NCBI GenBank assembly: GCA_051867435.1
Contig: JBJDYP010000071.1
Coordinates: forward strand, 9,755-73,754
From: Faecousia sp.
Lineage (GTDB): Bacteria; Bacillota; Clostridia; Oscillospirales; Oscillospiraceae
Length of the DNA stretch: 64,000 nt
Direction: 5' to 3'
Shown: positions 1-10,699 of the stretch, one piece after another
How the letters are laid out: every line of letters starts with the position of its first letter
Position numbering within the stretch: the stretch's first letter is position 1
The notes under the pieces: model-generated
The model's input: only the letters and a program-made list of their open reading frames with translations
Told to the model about the DNA's origin: nothing
Database searches by the model: none
Position numbers and translations under genes: made by a program

Positions 1-1253
1 TCCGCCACGAAGATCACATAGTCGGAGTCGATGTGGTTCTGGGTCTTGTTGGAGAGGTAGGAGTGCAGCGCGTGACCCATTTCGTGGGCCAAGGTGAACT
101 GGCTGTCCAGGGTGCCGCTGTAGTTCAGCAGCACAAAGGGATGGACTCTCGCGCCGGCAGAGTAGGCGCCGGAGCGCTTGCCCTGGTTCTCGTACACGTC
201 GATCCAGCGGTTGTCAAAGCCTTCCTTCAGAATCTTCCGGTAGCCGTCACCCATAGGCGCCAGCGCGTCATAGACCGTCTGCTTGGCCTCCGCGAAGGGG
301 ATCTTCCGGTCCACGCCTGCCACCAGGGGCGCGTAGACATCGTAAAAATGCAGCTCATCCACCCCCAGCAGCTTCTTGCGAAGGCGCACATAGCGGTGCA
401 TCTTGTCCATATTCTGATGGACGGCATCAATCAGATTCCGGTACACGGAGGTGGGCACGTTGGTCACATCCAGCGCCGCGTCCAGAGGCGATGCGTACTT
501 TCTGGCATCGGCAAAGAACTGGAGCTGCTTGACCTGGGATGCCAGGATGGCAGCGGAGGTGTTGCGGTAGCTGTTCAGGGTGTGGTACAGGTTCTCATAC
601 GCGCTCTTGCGCAGCCCCCGGTCCGGGCTTTCCTCATACGCGACGAAGGTGCCCTGGCTCAGCGGATGCGGCTTGCCCTGGGAGTCCACCGCATCCGGGA
701 ACTTCTGGTCGGCATTGTTCAGCATACCGAAAATGTTGCCGGGAGCCTGCGCCATTTCTCCTGCCTGGGCAAGCAGCTTTTCTTCCCCGGCGGAGAGAAT
801 GTGTGCCTTTCTGCGGCGCAGGTCGGTCAGATACCGGCGGTAGCGCTCCAAAGCGGGGCAGGATTTGAAGAAGTCCTCCAGGGTTTCATCGGAAATTGCC
901 ATCACCTCGGGGGTCTCAAAGCTGCCCGCCGCGCTCAGCGCCACCGCGGTTCCCATAAAGCGGCTGCGCATGGCCTGGTAGGTGCCCACACGGGTATCCT
1001 CGTCGGCACGGCGCATACAGTAGTTACCCAGATCGGACAGCAGCGCGTCCAGCCGTTCCATTTCCCGCAGATAGCCCAGCAGGCTCTCCGCATTGTCCGC
1101 GAGATGACCGGCATACGCCGCGATTTCGGGAACCGCTGCCTTTGCCTTCTCCAGATCCGCGTCCCACAAAGCATCGGTGGCGTACATATCCTCTACCGCC
1201 CAGCGATCCTCCACGGGGATCTCACTGCGCTGACGAATTTTGTTGTCTTCCAT
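1..1253 (-). CDS. pepF: Oligoendopeptidase F (M3B), 3' part runs off the window
   Basis: Not in the ORF track because it is truncated. Minus-strand translation from ATG 1253 (GGAGG RBS upstream) gives MEDNKIRQRSEIPVEDRWAVEDMYATD..., the typical PepF N-terminus. Confidence 0.88.
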   Translation of the reverse strand, partial: MEDNKIRQRSEIPVEDRWAVEDMYATDALWDADLEKAKAAVPEIAAYAGHLADNAESLLGYLREMERLDALLSDLGNYCMRRADEDTRVGTYQAMRSRFMGTAVALSAAGSFETPEVMAISDETLEDFFKSCPALERYRRYLTDLRRRKAHILSAGEEKLLAQAGEMAQAPGNIFGMLNNADQKFPDAVDSQGKPHPLSQGTFVAYEESPDRGLRKSAYENLYHTLNSYRNTSAAILASQVKQLQFFADARKYASPLDAALDVTNVPTSVYRNLIDAVHQNMDKMHRYVRLRKKLLGVDELHFYDVYAPLVAGVDRKIPFAEAKQTVYDALAPMGDGYRKILKEGFDNRWIDVYENQGKRSGAYSAGARVHPFVLLNYSGTLDSQFTLAHEMGHALHSYLSNKTQNHIDSDYVIFVA

Positions 1254-1365
1254 AAATGAACCTCCATCCATGAATTTTTTCCATCTTAGCACAAAAACGC
1301 CGAAAAAGCAACCTGGTTACTTGCGTTTTCTTCCCGTCTGTGGTACAGTAGCCCACGGTGATATT

Positions 1366-2247
1366 ATGAAAAAACAGATCAAAAGCAGCCTTTTTCTTCT
1401 GAGCGGCACGGTGATATGGGGCGCCGCTTTCGTGGCGCAGCGATCCGGCATGGCGCATATCGGCCCCTTTACCTTTCAGGCGATCCGCTGCAGTCTGGGC
1501 TGCGCTTTTTTACTGCTGCTGTCCCTGTTTACCGGGAACCGGCAGTCCGCCGCCACTAGCTGGCGCAGCAGGCAGCTCTGGCTTGCGGGCATTCTCTGCG
1601 GGTCCGCCCTGTTCGTTGCCGCGGGACTGCAGCAGGTCGGCCTGCAATACACCGCCGCGGGCAAAGCCGGCTTTCTTACCGCCATGTACATCGTGATTGT
1701 TCCCCTGAAGGATTTGTTCACCCGGAAACGGCTCCCTCTCACGCTGTGGATCAGCGTTGCCATGAGCGTGGGAGGACTGTATCTGCTGAGCTGCGTGGGC
1801 ATCACGGAAATCAACCCCGGCGACCTGCTTCTGGCAGGCTGCGCCGTGGCCTTCGCGGTGCAGATCCTGCTGATCGACCGGTTTGCGCCGGGACTGGACG
1901 CGGTCAAATTCAACGCCCTCCAATCCGGTGTCTGCGCCGCCCTGTCCGCCGTTCTGATGGTCTTCGAGTCGCCCACGGTCTCCGGGATCACGGCAGCCTG
2001 GCTCCCGCTGTGCTATGCGGGTGTGCTGTCCACCGGCGTGGCATACACCTTCCAGATCATCGGTCAGCGGAATCTCCATCCTGCCGTCGCGTCCCTCATC
2101 ATGAGCATGGAGTCGGTTTTTGCCGCGCTGTCCGGCTGGCTGCTGCTCCGGGAACAAATGTCGACCCCGGAGCTTCTGGGCTGCGCGCTGGTGTTCGGCG
2201 CCGTTCTTCTCTCCCAAGTGCCCGCGAAAAAATCCCGTGAGACCTGA
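1366..2247 (+). CDS. DMT/EamA family permease
   Basis: Two hydrophobic EamA repeats (IWGAAFVAQ..., GVAYTFQIIGQ, ESVFAALSGWLLL). Start trimmed to ATG 1366. Confidence 0.9.
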   Translation: MKKQIKSSLFLLSGTVIWGAAFVAQRSGMAHIGPFTFQAIRCSLGCAFLLLLSLFTGNRQSAATSWRSRQLWLAGILCGSALFVAAGLQQVGLQYTAAGKAGFLTAMYIVIVPLKDLFTRKRLPLTLWISVAMSVGGLYLLSCVGITEINPGDLLLAGCAVAFAVQILLIDRFAPGLDAVKFNALQSGVCAALSAVLMVFESPTVSGITAAWLPLCYAGVLSTGVAYTFQIIGQRNLHPAVASLIMSMESVFAALSGWLLLREQMSTPELLGCALVFGAVLLSQVPAKKSRET

Positions 2248-2263
2248 TCTCACGGGATTTTTT
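2227..2263. terminator. Bidirectional intrinsic terminator
   Basis: AAAAAATCCCGTGAGA-cctga-TCTCACGGGATTTTTT between convergent genes. Confidence 0.85.
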
Positions 2264-2265
2264 CA

Positions 2266-3039
2266 TCATCTGCCGTTCTCGCGGTCCAGAAGGATCATCT
2301 TTTTCAGGGCCTCGATGCCCACACGGATGGCGCCGGAGGTATCTTCCGTCATCTTCATGAACAGTCCTGCCTTCTCCCGCTCCTGGTTCCACACGACGTG
2401 GAAGCAGCTTCCGCAGCGGACACCCAGCGCGGCTGCCACGACGAACAGCGCCGCGGACTCCATCTCGCTGGCCTTGACACCCAGCCGCTTCCATGCCTCC
2501 CACTTCTGCAGAAGCTCATAGGAAACGGGCATCTTCTCGGGGGAATGCTGACCGTAGAACGCGTCCTTGCACTGGACAACGCCCATATGGGTGCGGTAGC
2601 CCAGCTCATGGCTGGCATCCCGCAGTGCCATCGCCACATCAAAATCCGCCACGGCGGGGAACTCAATGGGCGCGTACTCCATGGAAGTATGCTCAAACCG
2701 GATCGCGCCGGTGGCAACCACCACATCACCGGGCTGCACATCCATGTCGATGCCGCCGCAGGTGCCTACGCGGATAAAGGTGTCCGCGCCGATGTTGTGC
2801 AGCTCCTCCATGGCGATGGAAGCGGAGGGGCCGCCGATGCCGGTGGAGCAGACGGAGACCTTTTCTCCCAGCAGGTAGCCGGTATAGACGTTGTATTCCC
2901 GGTTCATTCCGATATGGACGGGATTATCAAAATGGCTGGCGATGGCTTCGCACCGGCCGGGATCTCCCGGCAGGATGCAGTAACGGCCCACATCGCCCTC
3001 CGCGCAATGAATGTGAAATTGCTTTTCTGTTGCTTGCAT
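2266..3039 (-). CDS. udp: Uridine phosphorylase
   Basis: [25 protein letters not shown] and EMESA motifs of the NP-I family. Confidence 0.93.
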   Translation of the reverse strand: MQATEKQFHIHCAEGDVGRYCILPGDPGRCEAIASHFDNPVHIGMNREYNVYTGYLLGEKVSVCSTGIGGPSASIAMEELHNIGADTFIRVGTCGGIDMDVQPGDVVVATGAIRFEHTSMEYAPIEFPAVADFDVAMALRDASHELGYRTHMGVVQCKDAFYGQHSPEKMPVSYELLQKWEAWKRLGVKASEMESAALFVVAAALGVRCGSCFHVVWNQEREKAGLFMKMTEDTSGAIRVGIEALKKMILLDRENGR

Positions 3040-3131
3040 ATCAAGCACCAACCTCTCAAAAAATACACATCTATTTTAGCAAATATGTCCGATTTTGTCA
3101 AGGCACAAGTGCCTGTTTGTGTACATTTTTC

Positions 3132-6100
3132 TCAAAACAGGCTGACCTGGCTGGTGTCCGGCAGATTGCCAAACGCCCCCGCGTCCTTCAGCATCTGGAT
3201 ATGGGTCTTGGACACCTTGGGGCAGGCGGCAGCCACCTCCTCGATGGAAATGAAGCTCTTGCCCTCTCTGCCGTCCACCAGATCCCGGGCAGCGTTTTCG
3301 CCCAGACCGGAGATGGATACAAAGGGCGGCACCAGCCTGCCGTCTTTGATCAGGAATTTCGTGGCATCGCTCTCGTACAGGTCGATGGGCGCGAATTCAA
3401 AACCCCGGATGTAGTACTCGTACACCACTTCCATCGTGGTCAGCAGATCCTCGTCCTTGTCGGTTGCGTCTTCGTTGGCGGAGATCGCCCGGATATTCTC
3501 CAGAACCGCATCCAGCCCCCGGGTCATCAGCGCGGCATCAAAACCGCCCTTCTGGCTGCGGCGGTAGAAATAGGCCGAGTAGAACGCCAGGGGGTGATAG
3601 ACCTTGAACCAGGCGATCCGGAACGCCATCATCACGTAGGCCACCGCGTGGGCCTTGGGGAACAGGTACTTGATCTTCTTGCAGGAGCCGATGTACCAGT
3701 CCGGCACGCCGGCGTCGATCATCTCCTGCTCCGCGCCCTCGGGCAGTCCTCTGCCCTTTCGGACAGCCTCCATGATTTTGAAAGACCGCTTCTCCGGCAT
3801 TCCGCAGGAGATCAGATACAGCATAATATCATCCCGGCAGCCGATGGCCTGGTCTACCGTGGCAGTCTTGGAGAGGATCAGATCCTTCGCGTTGCCCAGC
3901 CACACATCCGTTCCGTGGGAGAAGCCGGAAAGACGCAGCAGCGTGTCAAACCGGGTGGGCATGGTGTCCATCAGCATACCCCGGGTAAACTTGGTGTTGA
4001 ATTCCGGGATCGCCACGGCGCCGGTAGGCCCAAGGATGGGGTCATCCTCATAGCCCAGCACCTTGGACGAGGTGAAAATGGACATGGTTTTCTTGTCGTC
4101 CAGGGGGATGGTCTTGGCATCCACGCCGGTCATATCCTCCATCATGCGGATCATGGTGGGGTCATCGTGACCCAGCATATCCAGCTTCAGCAGGTTTTCC
4201 TCCATGGAGTGATATTCAAAATGGGTGGTGATCTGATCCGCGTTGGGATCGTCCGCGGGATGCTGCACCGGGCAGAAATCCCAGATCTCGTTCTCCTGGG
4301 GAATGACCACCAGACCGCCGGGATGCTGTCCCGTGGTGCGGCGGACTCCCACGCAGCCCGCTGCCAGCCGGCCCTCCTCTGCCCGGGATTCCTTTCGGTC
4401 CCGTTCGGACAGGTACTTCTTCACATAGCCGAACGCCGTCTTTTCCGCCACGGTACCGATGGTTCCTGCCCGGAAAACATGGGATTTTCCAAACATTTCC
4501 ACACAGTACGCATGGGCTTTCGCCTGGTATTCGCCGGAGAAATTCAGGTCGATGTCCGGCACCTTATCGCCGCCGAAGCCCAGGAAGGTCTCGAAGGGGA
4601 TGTTGAAGCCGTCCTTTTCAAATTTGCTGCCGCACTTGGGGCAGACCGCGTCCGGCAGATCCGCGCCGCAGCCATAGCCCTTGGGAACATCGAAGGTGGT
4701 GAACTTGCACCCGGGATTCGGGCAGCGGTAGTGGGGCGGGAAGGAGTTGACCTCCGTGATGCCCGCCATGTACGCCACGATGGAGGAGCCCACGGAGCCA
4801 CGGGAGCCCACCAGATAGCCGTGCTCCAGGGAATTCTGCACCAGCTTCTGGGCAGACATATAAATCACGTCGTAGTGGCAGGAAATGATGTCGTGCAGCT
4901 CCGTTTCCACCCGCTTGGTGATCAGCTCCGGCGGATTCTCGCCGTAAAGCCGGTGGAGCTTGCCATAGACCAGCGCTTTCAGATCCTCCACGGAATTCTC
5001 GATCTTGGGCGCGAACAGATTGTGGGGCACCGGGCGCAGGGTTTCCACCATGTCCGCGATCCGGTTGGGGTTGGTGATGACCACTTCCCTTGCCTTTTCC
5101 TCTCCCAGATAGGAGAATTCCCGGAGCATATCATCGGTGGTGCGGAAATAGAGGGGATTGTCCCGGTCGCAGTCCTCAAAGCCCTTGGTGGCCAGCAGAA
5201 TGTGCCGGAAGATCTCATCCTCGGGGTTCAGGAAATGCACGTCGCCGGTGGCACAGACCGGTTTGCCCAGCCGCTCTCCCAGGGAAACCACCACACGGTT
5301 GTACGAGCGAAGCTGCTCCTCATCCTCCGCCATTCCCTTTGCCAGCATGAACCGGTTGTTCGCCAGGGGCTGGATCTCCAGAAAATCGTAGAAAGACGCG
5401 ATCCGTTCCAGTTCCTCCTGGCTCTTGTGATTCAGAATGGCCTGGAACAGCTCGCCTGCCTCACAGGCGGAGCCGATGATCAGACCCTCCCGGTATTTGA
5501 TCAGCTCGGACTTGGGGATTCTGGGGGTTCGTTTGAAATATTCCAGATTGCTCAGGGAAATCAGATGGTACAGGTTCCGAAGACCCACCTGGTTCTTGGC
5601 AAACAGGATGATATGCCGGGCCTGCCGGTCCATCACATGCCCCTTGGAGCGCAGCGCCATCATGGCGGGGTTGATGGCCTGGATGCTGTGGATCCCCATT
5701 TCCTCCAGGCGGCGGCTGAGCCGGTCAAAGATCAGGCCGCAGGTCAGGGCATCGTCCCCTGCCCGGTGGTGGTTGAATTCCGGCAGGCTCAGGGCATTTG
5801 CCACAACATCCAGCTTGAATTTGCTCAGTTCCTTCATCAGGTTCTGGGACAGAATCAGGGTGTCAATATAGGTGGGATGGAACGGAATGTCCATCCGGCG
5901 GCAGGCAGCGGCAATAAAGCCCACGTCAAAGTCCGCGTTGTGGGCCACCAGCGGCCGGTCGCCGCAGAACGCCAGGAAATCTCCCAGCACTTCCCCGATT
6001 TTGGGCGCGCCTTTCAGCATATCCCCGGAAATGCCGGTGAGATCCGTGATTTTTGGGGTCAGCGGTCTGCCGGGATCCACAAAGGTCTGGAACCGGTCCA

Positions 6101-7421
6101 GCTCCTGTCCGTTTTTCAGGATCACGGCACCGATCTCGATGATTTCATCGGACTGGGAGTACAAGCCCGTGGTTTCCAGGTCAAAGGCCACATATTCCCC
6201 GTCCAGGGGCATATCGCCGGTGCCGTGGATCACCACCCGGTCGTCCACATCGTTTACATAATATCCCTCGCAGCCATAGAGGATCTTGATGTTCTCGTCG
6301 GTACCGGCAACCTTGGCCTTGGAAGCCGCTTTCATGGCATCCGGGAAGGACTGGGCCACGCCGTGATCCGTGATGGCGATGGCACGGTGCCCCCAGGCGG
6401 CAGCCTGCCTGACCGCGGCAGCGGTATCGGTCAGGGCATCCATGTTGCTCATGGTGGTGTGCAGGTGAAGCTCCACCCGCTTTTCTCCCTGGGCGGTATC
6501 CTTCCGCTGGGGCATGGAACCGGGCATCACCGCGTAGGGATTCAGAACCATCTCATTGTCAAACTTGCTGATGACCAGTTTTCCCTGTACCCGCAGCACC
6601 GCGCCCACCCGCACCGCTTCCAGCAGGGGCTTTGCCTCATTGCCCTCCAAAAAGCGGTTGACCCGGACGGCGTTGGTGTTGTCCGTCATGTCGAAATTGA
6701 TGACCCAGGCATTGCGCTTTTTCAGCTCCTTGTGATCCACCGCGAAGACCTTGCCCTCTACGATGACACTGCCCATGTCCAGGTTCAGCTCCTTCATGGG
6801 CACGGGATTGCCCTTGAAGGGCTTGCCGAAGATCGCCTCCGGGTTCTGGGCCGGCGCGGGCTTCTTCTCCACCACCGCGGCAACCGGCGCATTCCGGATC
6901 ATGTCGCCCCGAATCTGCTCCATGGCATCAAACAGCGCCTGTCCTTCCAGCTCGCGGCCTGCCTCAAACCGGAACTCCGGGGCAGCACCGCAGCGCCGTA
7001 TGATCCGCTCCCGGACTGCCCGGGCGCTTTCCTCCAGATCCTTTTTGCCGTTGGCCCGCAGAAAAATTCCCAGCGTGTCCCCCTGCCATTCCCAGGTAGC
7101 ACCGGCGAGGGCGCCTCTGTGCATGGGATTCTGCTCCACGAACAGATCCATCAGCTCCCCGAACTCCAGGCGATGAAGCTGCTCCCGGGGGAACTTTGCC
7201 AGGATGGACAGATTCCGCAGATTGTAGCGCTTCTGCACCTGCTGCTCCACCCGGCGCACCGCCGCCCAGGGCACATATTCCGCGCAGTCAAGCTCCACCG
7301 CGATGCCGCGGTTTTCCATATTCACTTCGGCGTGGATGATTTCCCCGGCGCAAAGTGCCGCCTCGGCGTCACTTTCAGGCGTGTATTGGGAAAACATCTG
7401 CAAAAAAGTCGGTGAATTCAT
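3132..7421 (-). CDS. polC: DNA polymerase III PolC-type alpha subunit
   Basis: OB fold, PHP (ELHLHT, ITDHG), inserted DEDDh exonuclease (FDLETTG), SRGS, PDIDLNF and a C-terminal clamp-binding QVSLF. Confidence 0.98.
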   Translation of the reverse strand: MNSPTFLQMFSQYTPESDAEAALCAGEIIHAEVNMENRGIAVELDCAEYVPWAAVRRVEQQVQKRYNLRNLSILAKFPREQLHRLEFGELMDLFVEQNPMHRGALAGATWEWQGDTLGIFLRANGKKDLEESARAVRERIIRRCGAAPEFRFEAGRELEGQALFDAMEQIRGDMIRNAPVAAVVEKKPAPAQNPEAIFGKPFKGNPVPMKELNLDMGSVIVEGKVFAVDHKELKKRNAWVINFDMTDNTNAVRVNRFLEGNEAKPLLEAVRVGAVLRVQGKLVISKFDNEMVLNPYAVMPGSMPQRKDTAQGEKRVELHLHTTMSNMDALTDTAAAVRQAAAWGHRAIAITDHGVAQSFPDAMKAASKAKVAGTDENIKILYGCEGYYVNDVDDRVVIHGTGDMPLDGEYVAFDLETTGLYSQSDEIIEIGAVILKNGQELDRFQTFVDPGRPLTPKITDLTGISGDMLKGAPKIGEVLGDFLAFCGDRPLVAHNADFDVGFIAAACRRMDIPFHPTYIDTLILSQNLMKELSKFKLDVVANALSLPEFNHHRAGDDALTCGLIFDRLSRRLEEMGIHSIQAINPAMMALRSKGHVMDRQARHIILFAKNQVGLRNLYHLISLSNLEYFKRTPRIPKSELIKYREGLIIGSACEAGELFQAILNHKSQEELERIASFYDFLEIQPLANNRFMLAKGMAEDEEQLRSYNRVVVSLGERLGKPVCATGDVHFLNPEDEIFRHILLATKGFEDCDRDNPLYFRTTDDMLREFSYLGEEKAREVVITNPNRIADMVETLRPVPHNLFAPKIENSVEDLKALVYGKLHRLYGENPPELITKRVETELHDIISCHYDVIYMSAQKLVQNSLEHGYLVGSRGSVGSSIVAYMAGITEVNSFPPHYRCPNPGCKFTTFDVPKGYGCGADLPDAVCPKCGSKFEKDGFNIPFETFLGFGGDKVPDIDLNFSGEYQAKAHAYCVEMFGKSHVFRAGTIGTVAEKTAFGYVKKYLSERDRKESRAEEGRLAAGCVGVRRTTGQHPGGLVVIPQENEIWDFCPVQHPADDPNADQITTHFEYHSMEENLLKLDMLGHDDPTMIRMMEDMTGVDAKTIPLDDKKTMSIFTSSKVLGYEDDPILGPTGAVAIPEFNTKFTRGMLMDTMPTRFDTLLRLSGFSHGTDVWLGNAKDLILSKTATVDQAIGCRDDIMLYLISCGMPEKRSFKIMEAVRKGRGLPEGAEQEMIDAGVPDWYIGSCKKIKYLFPKAHAVAYVMMAFRIAWFKVYHPLAFYSAYFYRRSQKGGFDAALMTRGLDAVLENIRAISANEDATDKDEDLLTTMEVVYEYYIRGFEFAPIDLYESDATKFLIKDGRLVPPFVSISGLGENAARDLVDGREGKSFISIEEVAAACPKVSKTHIQMLKDAGAFGNLPDTSQVSLF

Positions 7422-7430
7422 GATATATCC

Positions 7431-8468
7431 TTATAAGTTCTCAATTCTGCGGAGCAGCGCGGGCAAAAGCTCGTCGTAAGGCAGCTTTTCCACCTGCTCC
7501 CCTTTCTCAAACAGCATACCCCATCCGTCACCGCCGGCAATGCCGATGTCGGCCTCCCGGGCTTCACCGGGGCCGTTGACCACGCAGCCCATGACGGCCA
7601 CGGTGATGGGTTTGCCGCAATCTTTCAGCGCTTCATCCACCCGGTTCACCAGACCGATCAGATCGATCCGGGTTCTGCCGCAGGTGGGGCAGGAAATGAT
7701 ATTGACACCCTCTTTCCGCAGACCGGCGGCTTTCAGAATGTCCTTTGCCGCGTAGACCTCCTGCACGGGGTCGTCCGTCAGGCTGACGCGGATGGTATCG
7801 CCGATCCCGTCAAGCAGCAGCGCGCCGATGCCCATGGCGGATTTCATCAGTCCCATGCGGACAGGGCCGGTCTCGGTGACGCCGATATGCAGGGGATAAT
7901 CGCATCTGGCGCGAAACAGCCGGGCAGCCTCCACCATGGTGGGCACGGATGAGGATTTCATGGACACGCAGGTGTCATAGAAGCCGCACTTCTCCAGCAG
8001 CTCCAGGTGAGAAAAGGCGCTCTCCACCAGGGCTTCCGCCGTTGGGTGGCCATACTTTTCCAGCAGCTTCCTGTCCAGGCTGCCGCCGTTGACACCGATG
8101 CGGATGGGAATGCGCTTCTCCCTGCACACATCCACCACCGCCCGCACCCGGTCCTCCCCGCCGATGTTGCCGGGGTTGATGCGGATCTTTGCCGCGCCGC
8201 CTTCCGCGGCGGCAATGGCAAGCTGATAGTCGAAGTGAATGTCCGCAACCAGCGGCAGCGGGCTTTCCCGGCAGATCTCCGCGAAGCCTCTGGCGGCTTC
8301 CATATTGGGAACCGCCAGCCGGGCAATCTGGCACCCGGCGGTTTTCAGCTCCCGGATCTGCCCCAGGGAGCCTTCCACATCCGTGGTTTTGGTATTGAGC
8401 ATGGACTGGATCACCACCGGGGCACCGCCGCCGATGGGGATTCCGCCAACCAGAATTTGTCTTGTCAT
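7431..8468 (-). CDS. ispG: HMBPP synthase
   Basis: VADIHFD, RINPGN, RIGVNGGS, CPTCGR and MGCVVNGPGE. Confidence 0.97.
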   Translation of the reverse strand: MTRQILVGGIPIGGGAPVVIQSMLNTKTTDVEGSLGQIRELKTAGCQIARLAVPNMEAARGFAEICRESPLPLVADIHFDYQLAIAAAEGGAAKIRINPGNIGGEDRVRAVVDVCREKRIPIRIGVNGGSLDRKLLEKYGHPTAEALVESAFSHLELLEKCGFYDTCVSMKSSSVPTMVEAARLFRARCDYPLHIGVTETGPVRMGLMKSAMGIGALLLDGIGDTIRVSLTDDPVQEVYAAKDILKAAGLRKEGVNIISCPTCGRTRIDLIGLVNRVDEALKDCGKPITVAVMGCVVNGPGEAREADIGIAGGDGWGMLFEKGEQVEKLPYDELLPALLRRIENL

Positions 8469-8472
8469 GGTG

Positions 8473-9534
8473 TTATCCTCTGAATATCACAAAAATGTCC
8501 TTGAAGGTCACAATGGCCATCAGTCCCAGCAGGATGATCATACCCGCGGAGTGGAGATAGCCCTCGTACTTGGGGTCGATCTTCCTGTGGGTCACCGCTT
8601 CCACGGCAGTGGTCAGCAGCAGGCAAACCGCCCGTCCGCCATCCAGCGCGGGGATGGGAAGCAGGTTCATCACCGCCAGGTTGACGGCGAGAAACGCGCC
8701 GAAATACAGCACATTCATCAGTCCCGCCCGCACCGTTGCCGAAGCGCTTCCGGCATCGGAAACCACCTTGACGATGCCCACCACGCCGGTCATATCCTTC
8801 AGACCCGCCCGTCCGGTAAAGAGCATTTGCAGGCTCAGGCGCACCATGCGGACGGTGTTCAGCGTGTTTGCCCAGGCATATTTCAGGTTCTCCAGGAAGG
8901 TGTTGGGCACCGTCCGGAAGAAAATGCCGAACTGCCTGTCAACGGTGCCGTCTTCCTCGGTGACCGTCTGCATTTCCAGCTTCTGACCGGCAAGGATCAC
9001 CTTTTCCCCATTGCGCAGCACCGCCACATCATAGCTGTCCCTGGGATCCAGCTCCACCAGCAGCCGCAGATCCGTCGCCACATAGATCTTCTCCCCGTTC
9101 ACGGACAGCACCCGGTCGCCTACCTGCAGCCCCGTCTCACCGCCCACGGTGCTCCAGGGCTGGATGGCGGTGATCTCCGGCACTACCACCTGTTCTCTGG
9201 GCGCGTACAGCAGCGCGAACATGGCAAGACCCGCCAGAAAGTTCATGGCAGCGCCCGCCACCAGCACGATCAGCCGCTTCCACCAGGCTACATTGCCGAA
9301 GGCATGGGGGTCGTCGCTGTCGTCGTCCTCGCCCTCCATGGCGCAGTACCCGCCTACGGGGAGGCACCGCAGAGAATAGGTGGTCTCCCCGATCTTCTTT
9401 TGGAAGATGGCGGGGCCCATGAACAGCGCGAACTCATTGACCCGGATACCGGAGAGCTTCGCGGTGATAAAATGTCCCAGCTCATGAATGAAAATCAGAA
9501 AGCTGAACAGCAAAATTGCAATGAGAATATACAT
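8473..9534 (-). CDS. rseP: RIP metalloprotease RseP (M50)
   Basis: HELGH, PDZ domain, NLLPIPALDGG; conserved position between dxr and ispG. Confidence 0.93.
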   Translation of the reverse strand: MYILIAILLFSFLIFIHELGHFITAKLSGIRVNEFALFMGPAIFQKKIGETTYSLRCLPVGGYCAMEGEDDDSDDPHAFGNVAWWKRLIVLVAGAAMNFLAGLAMFALLYAPREQVVVPEITAIQPWSTVGGETGLQVGDRVLSVNGEKIYVATDLRLLVELDPRDSYDVAVLRNGEKVILAGQKLEMQTVTEEDGTVDRQFGIFFRTVPNTFLENLKYAWANTLNTVRMVRLSLQMLFTGRAGLKDMTGVVGIVKVVSDAGSASATVRAGLMNVLYFGAFLAVNLAVMNLLPIPALDGGRAVCLLLTTAVEAVTHRKIDPKYEGYLHSAGMIILLGLMAIVTFKDIFVIFRG

Positions 9535-9552
9535 AAAAGACCTCGCTTTGGG

Positions 9553-10698
9553 TTACTTCGCCTGCCGGACCGCTTCTCTCGCGGCACGGTCCGCTTCCAG
9601 GATCCGTTCCAGATCCGGGTTCTCCGCAAAGGGCACCTGCTCCATGGCGGTTTTCACCAGGCGGTAAATGTCATAGAAGCCGATCTCGTCCCGCAGGAAC
9701 ATGGCAACCGCTTCTTCGTTGGCACCGTTGAGGGCCGGGCAGGCTGTACCGCCCTTTTTGGCTGCCTCCATCGCCAGCGCCAGACAGGGAAATGCCTCCA
9801 GATCCGGCTTTTGGAAGCTTAAGGGGCCGCAGCTTGTGAGATCCAGCGGCTCCACCGGGCACACCGTTCGTTCCGGGTAGGTCAGGGCGAGCTGGATGGG
9901 CAGCCGCATATCCGGCGCGCCGAGCTGGGCCATGATGGCGCCGTCCCGAAATTCCACCAGGCTGTGTACGATGCTCTGCCGGTGGATCAAAACCTGCACC
10001 TGCTCCAGGGGAACCCGGTACAGCCGCATGGCTTCAATGACCTCCAGCCCCTTGTTCATCAGTGTAGCACAGTCAATGGTGATTTTTTGACCCATCTTCC
10101 AGTTGGGATGCCGCAGGGCATCCGCCTTGGTCACGGAGCGAAGCTGCTCCGGTGTTTTTCCGAAGAAGGGTCCGCCGGAGCAGGTCAGAAGGATCTTTTT
10201 GACCTCTTTCCGATCCCCGCAGCCCATCAGGCACTGGAAGATGGCGGAGTGCTCCGAGTCCACGGGCACGATTTCCGTGCCGTATTTTTCCGCTTCCGCC
10301 ATGACCAGCTCACCGGCGCAGACCAGGGTCTCCTTGTTGGCAAGTCCGATGCGCTTGCCCCGGCGGATGGCTGCCAGGGTGGGCTTCAGCCCGACCATGC
10401 CCACCACCGCGGTGATCACGCAGTCCGTTTCCTCCATGGTGGCTGCAGCGAGCAGCCCTTCCTCGCCCCACAGGATCCGGATTTGGGGATCCCCCAATTC
10501 CGCCCGGAGCCGCTGCGCGGCTGCTTCCGTGGCCATGACGGCAAGCTTCGGGTGAAACTGCCGGCACTGCTGGGCCATGCGCTCCACGTTGGAGCCGGCG
10601 GTCAGCGCCGTGACCCGGATGTCCATCCGGGAAATCACATCCAGGCTCTGCCTGCCGATGGAGCCGGTGCTGCCTAAAATACTGACGGATCTGACCAT
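9553..10698 (-). CDS. dxr: 1-deoxy-D-xylulose-5-phosphate reductoisomerase
   Basis: LGSTGSIG, ANKE, PVDSEHSA, HPNW and NKGLEVIEA. Confidence 0.98.
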   Translation of the reverse strand: MVRSVSILGSTGSIGRQSLDVISRMDIRVTALTAGSNVERMAQQCRQFHPKLAVMATEAAAQRLRAELGDPQIRILWGEEGLLAAATMEETDCVITAVVGMVGLKPTLAAIRRGKRIGLANKETLVCAGELVMAEAEKYGTEIVPVDSEHSAIFQCLMGCGDRKEVKKILLTCSGGPFFGKTPEQLRSVTKADALRHPNWKMGQKITIDCATLMNKGLEVIEAMRLYRVPLEQVQVLIHRQSIVHSLVEFRDGAIMAQLGAPDMRLPIQLALTYPERTVCPVEPLDLTSCGPLSFQKPDLEAFPCLALAMEAAKKGGTACPALNGANEEAVAMFLRDEIGFYDIYRLVKTAMEQVPFAENPDLERILEADRAAREAVRQAK

Positions 10699-10699
10699 A

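Noticed and set aside
3030-7415. 1461-aa plus-strand ORF antisense to polC
   Set aside because: Shadow ORF produced by strong GC3 codon bias; no motifs or RBS. The same applies to 33-1259, 10577-12745, 13690-15498, 49833-52007 and similar.
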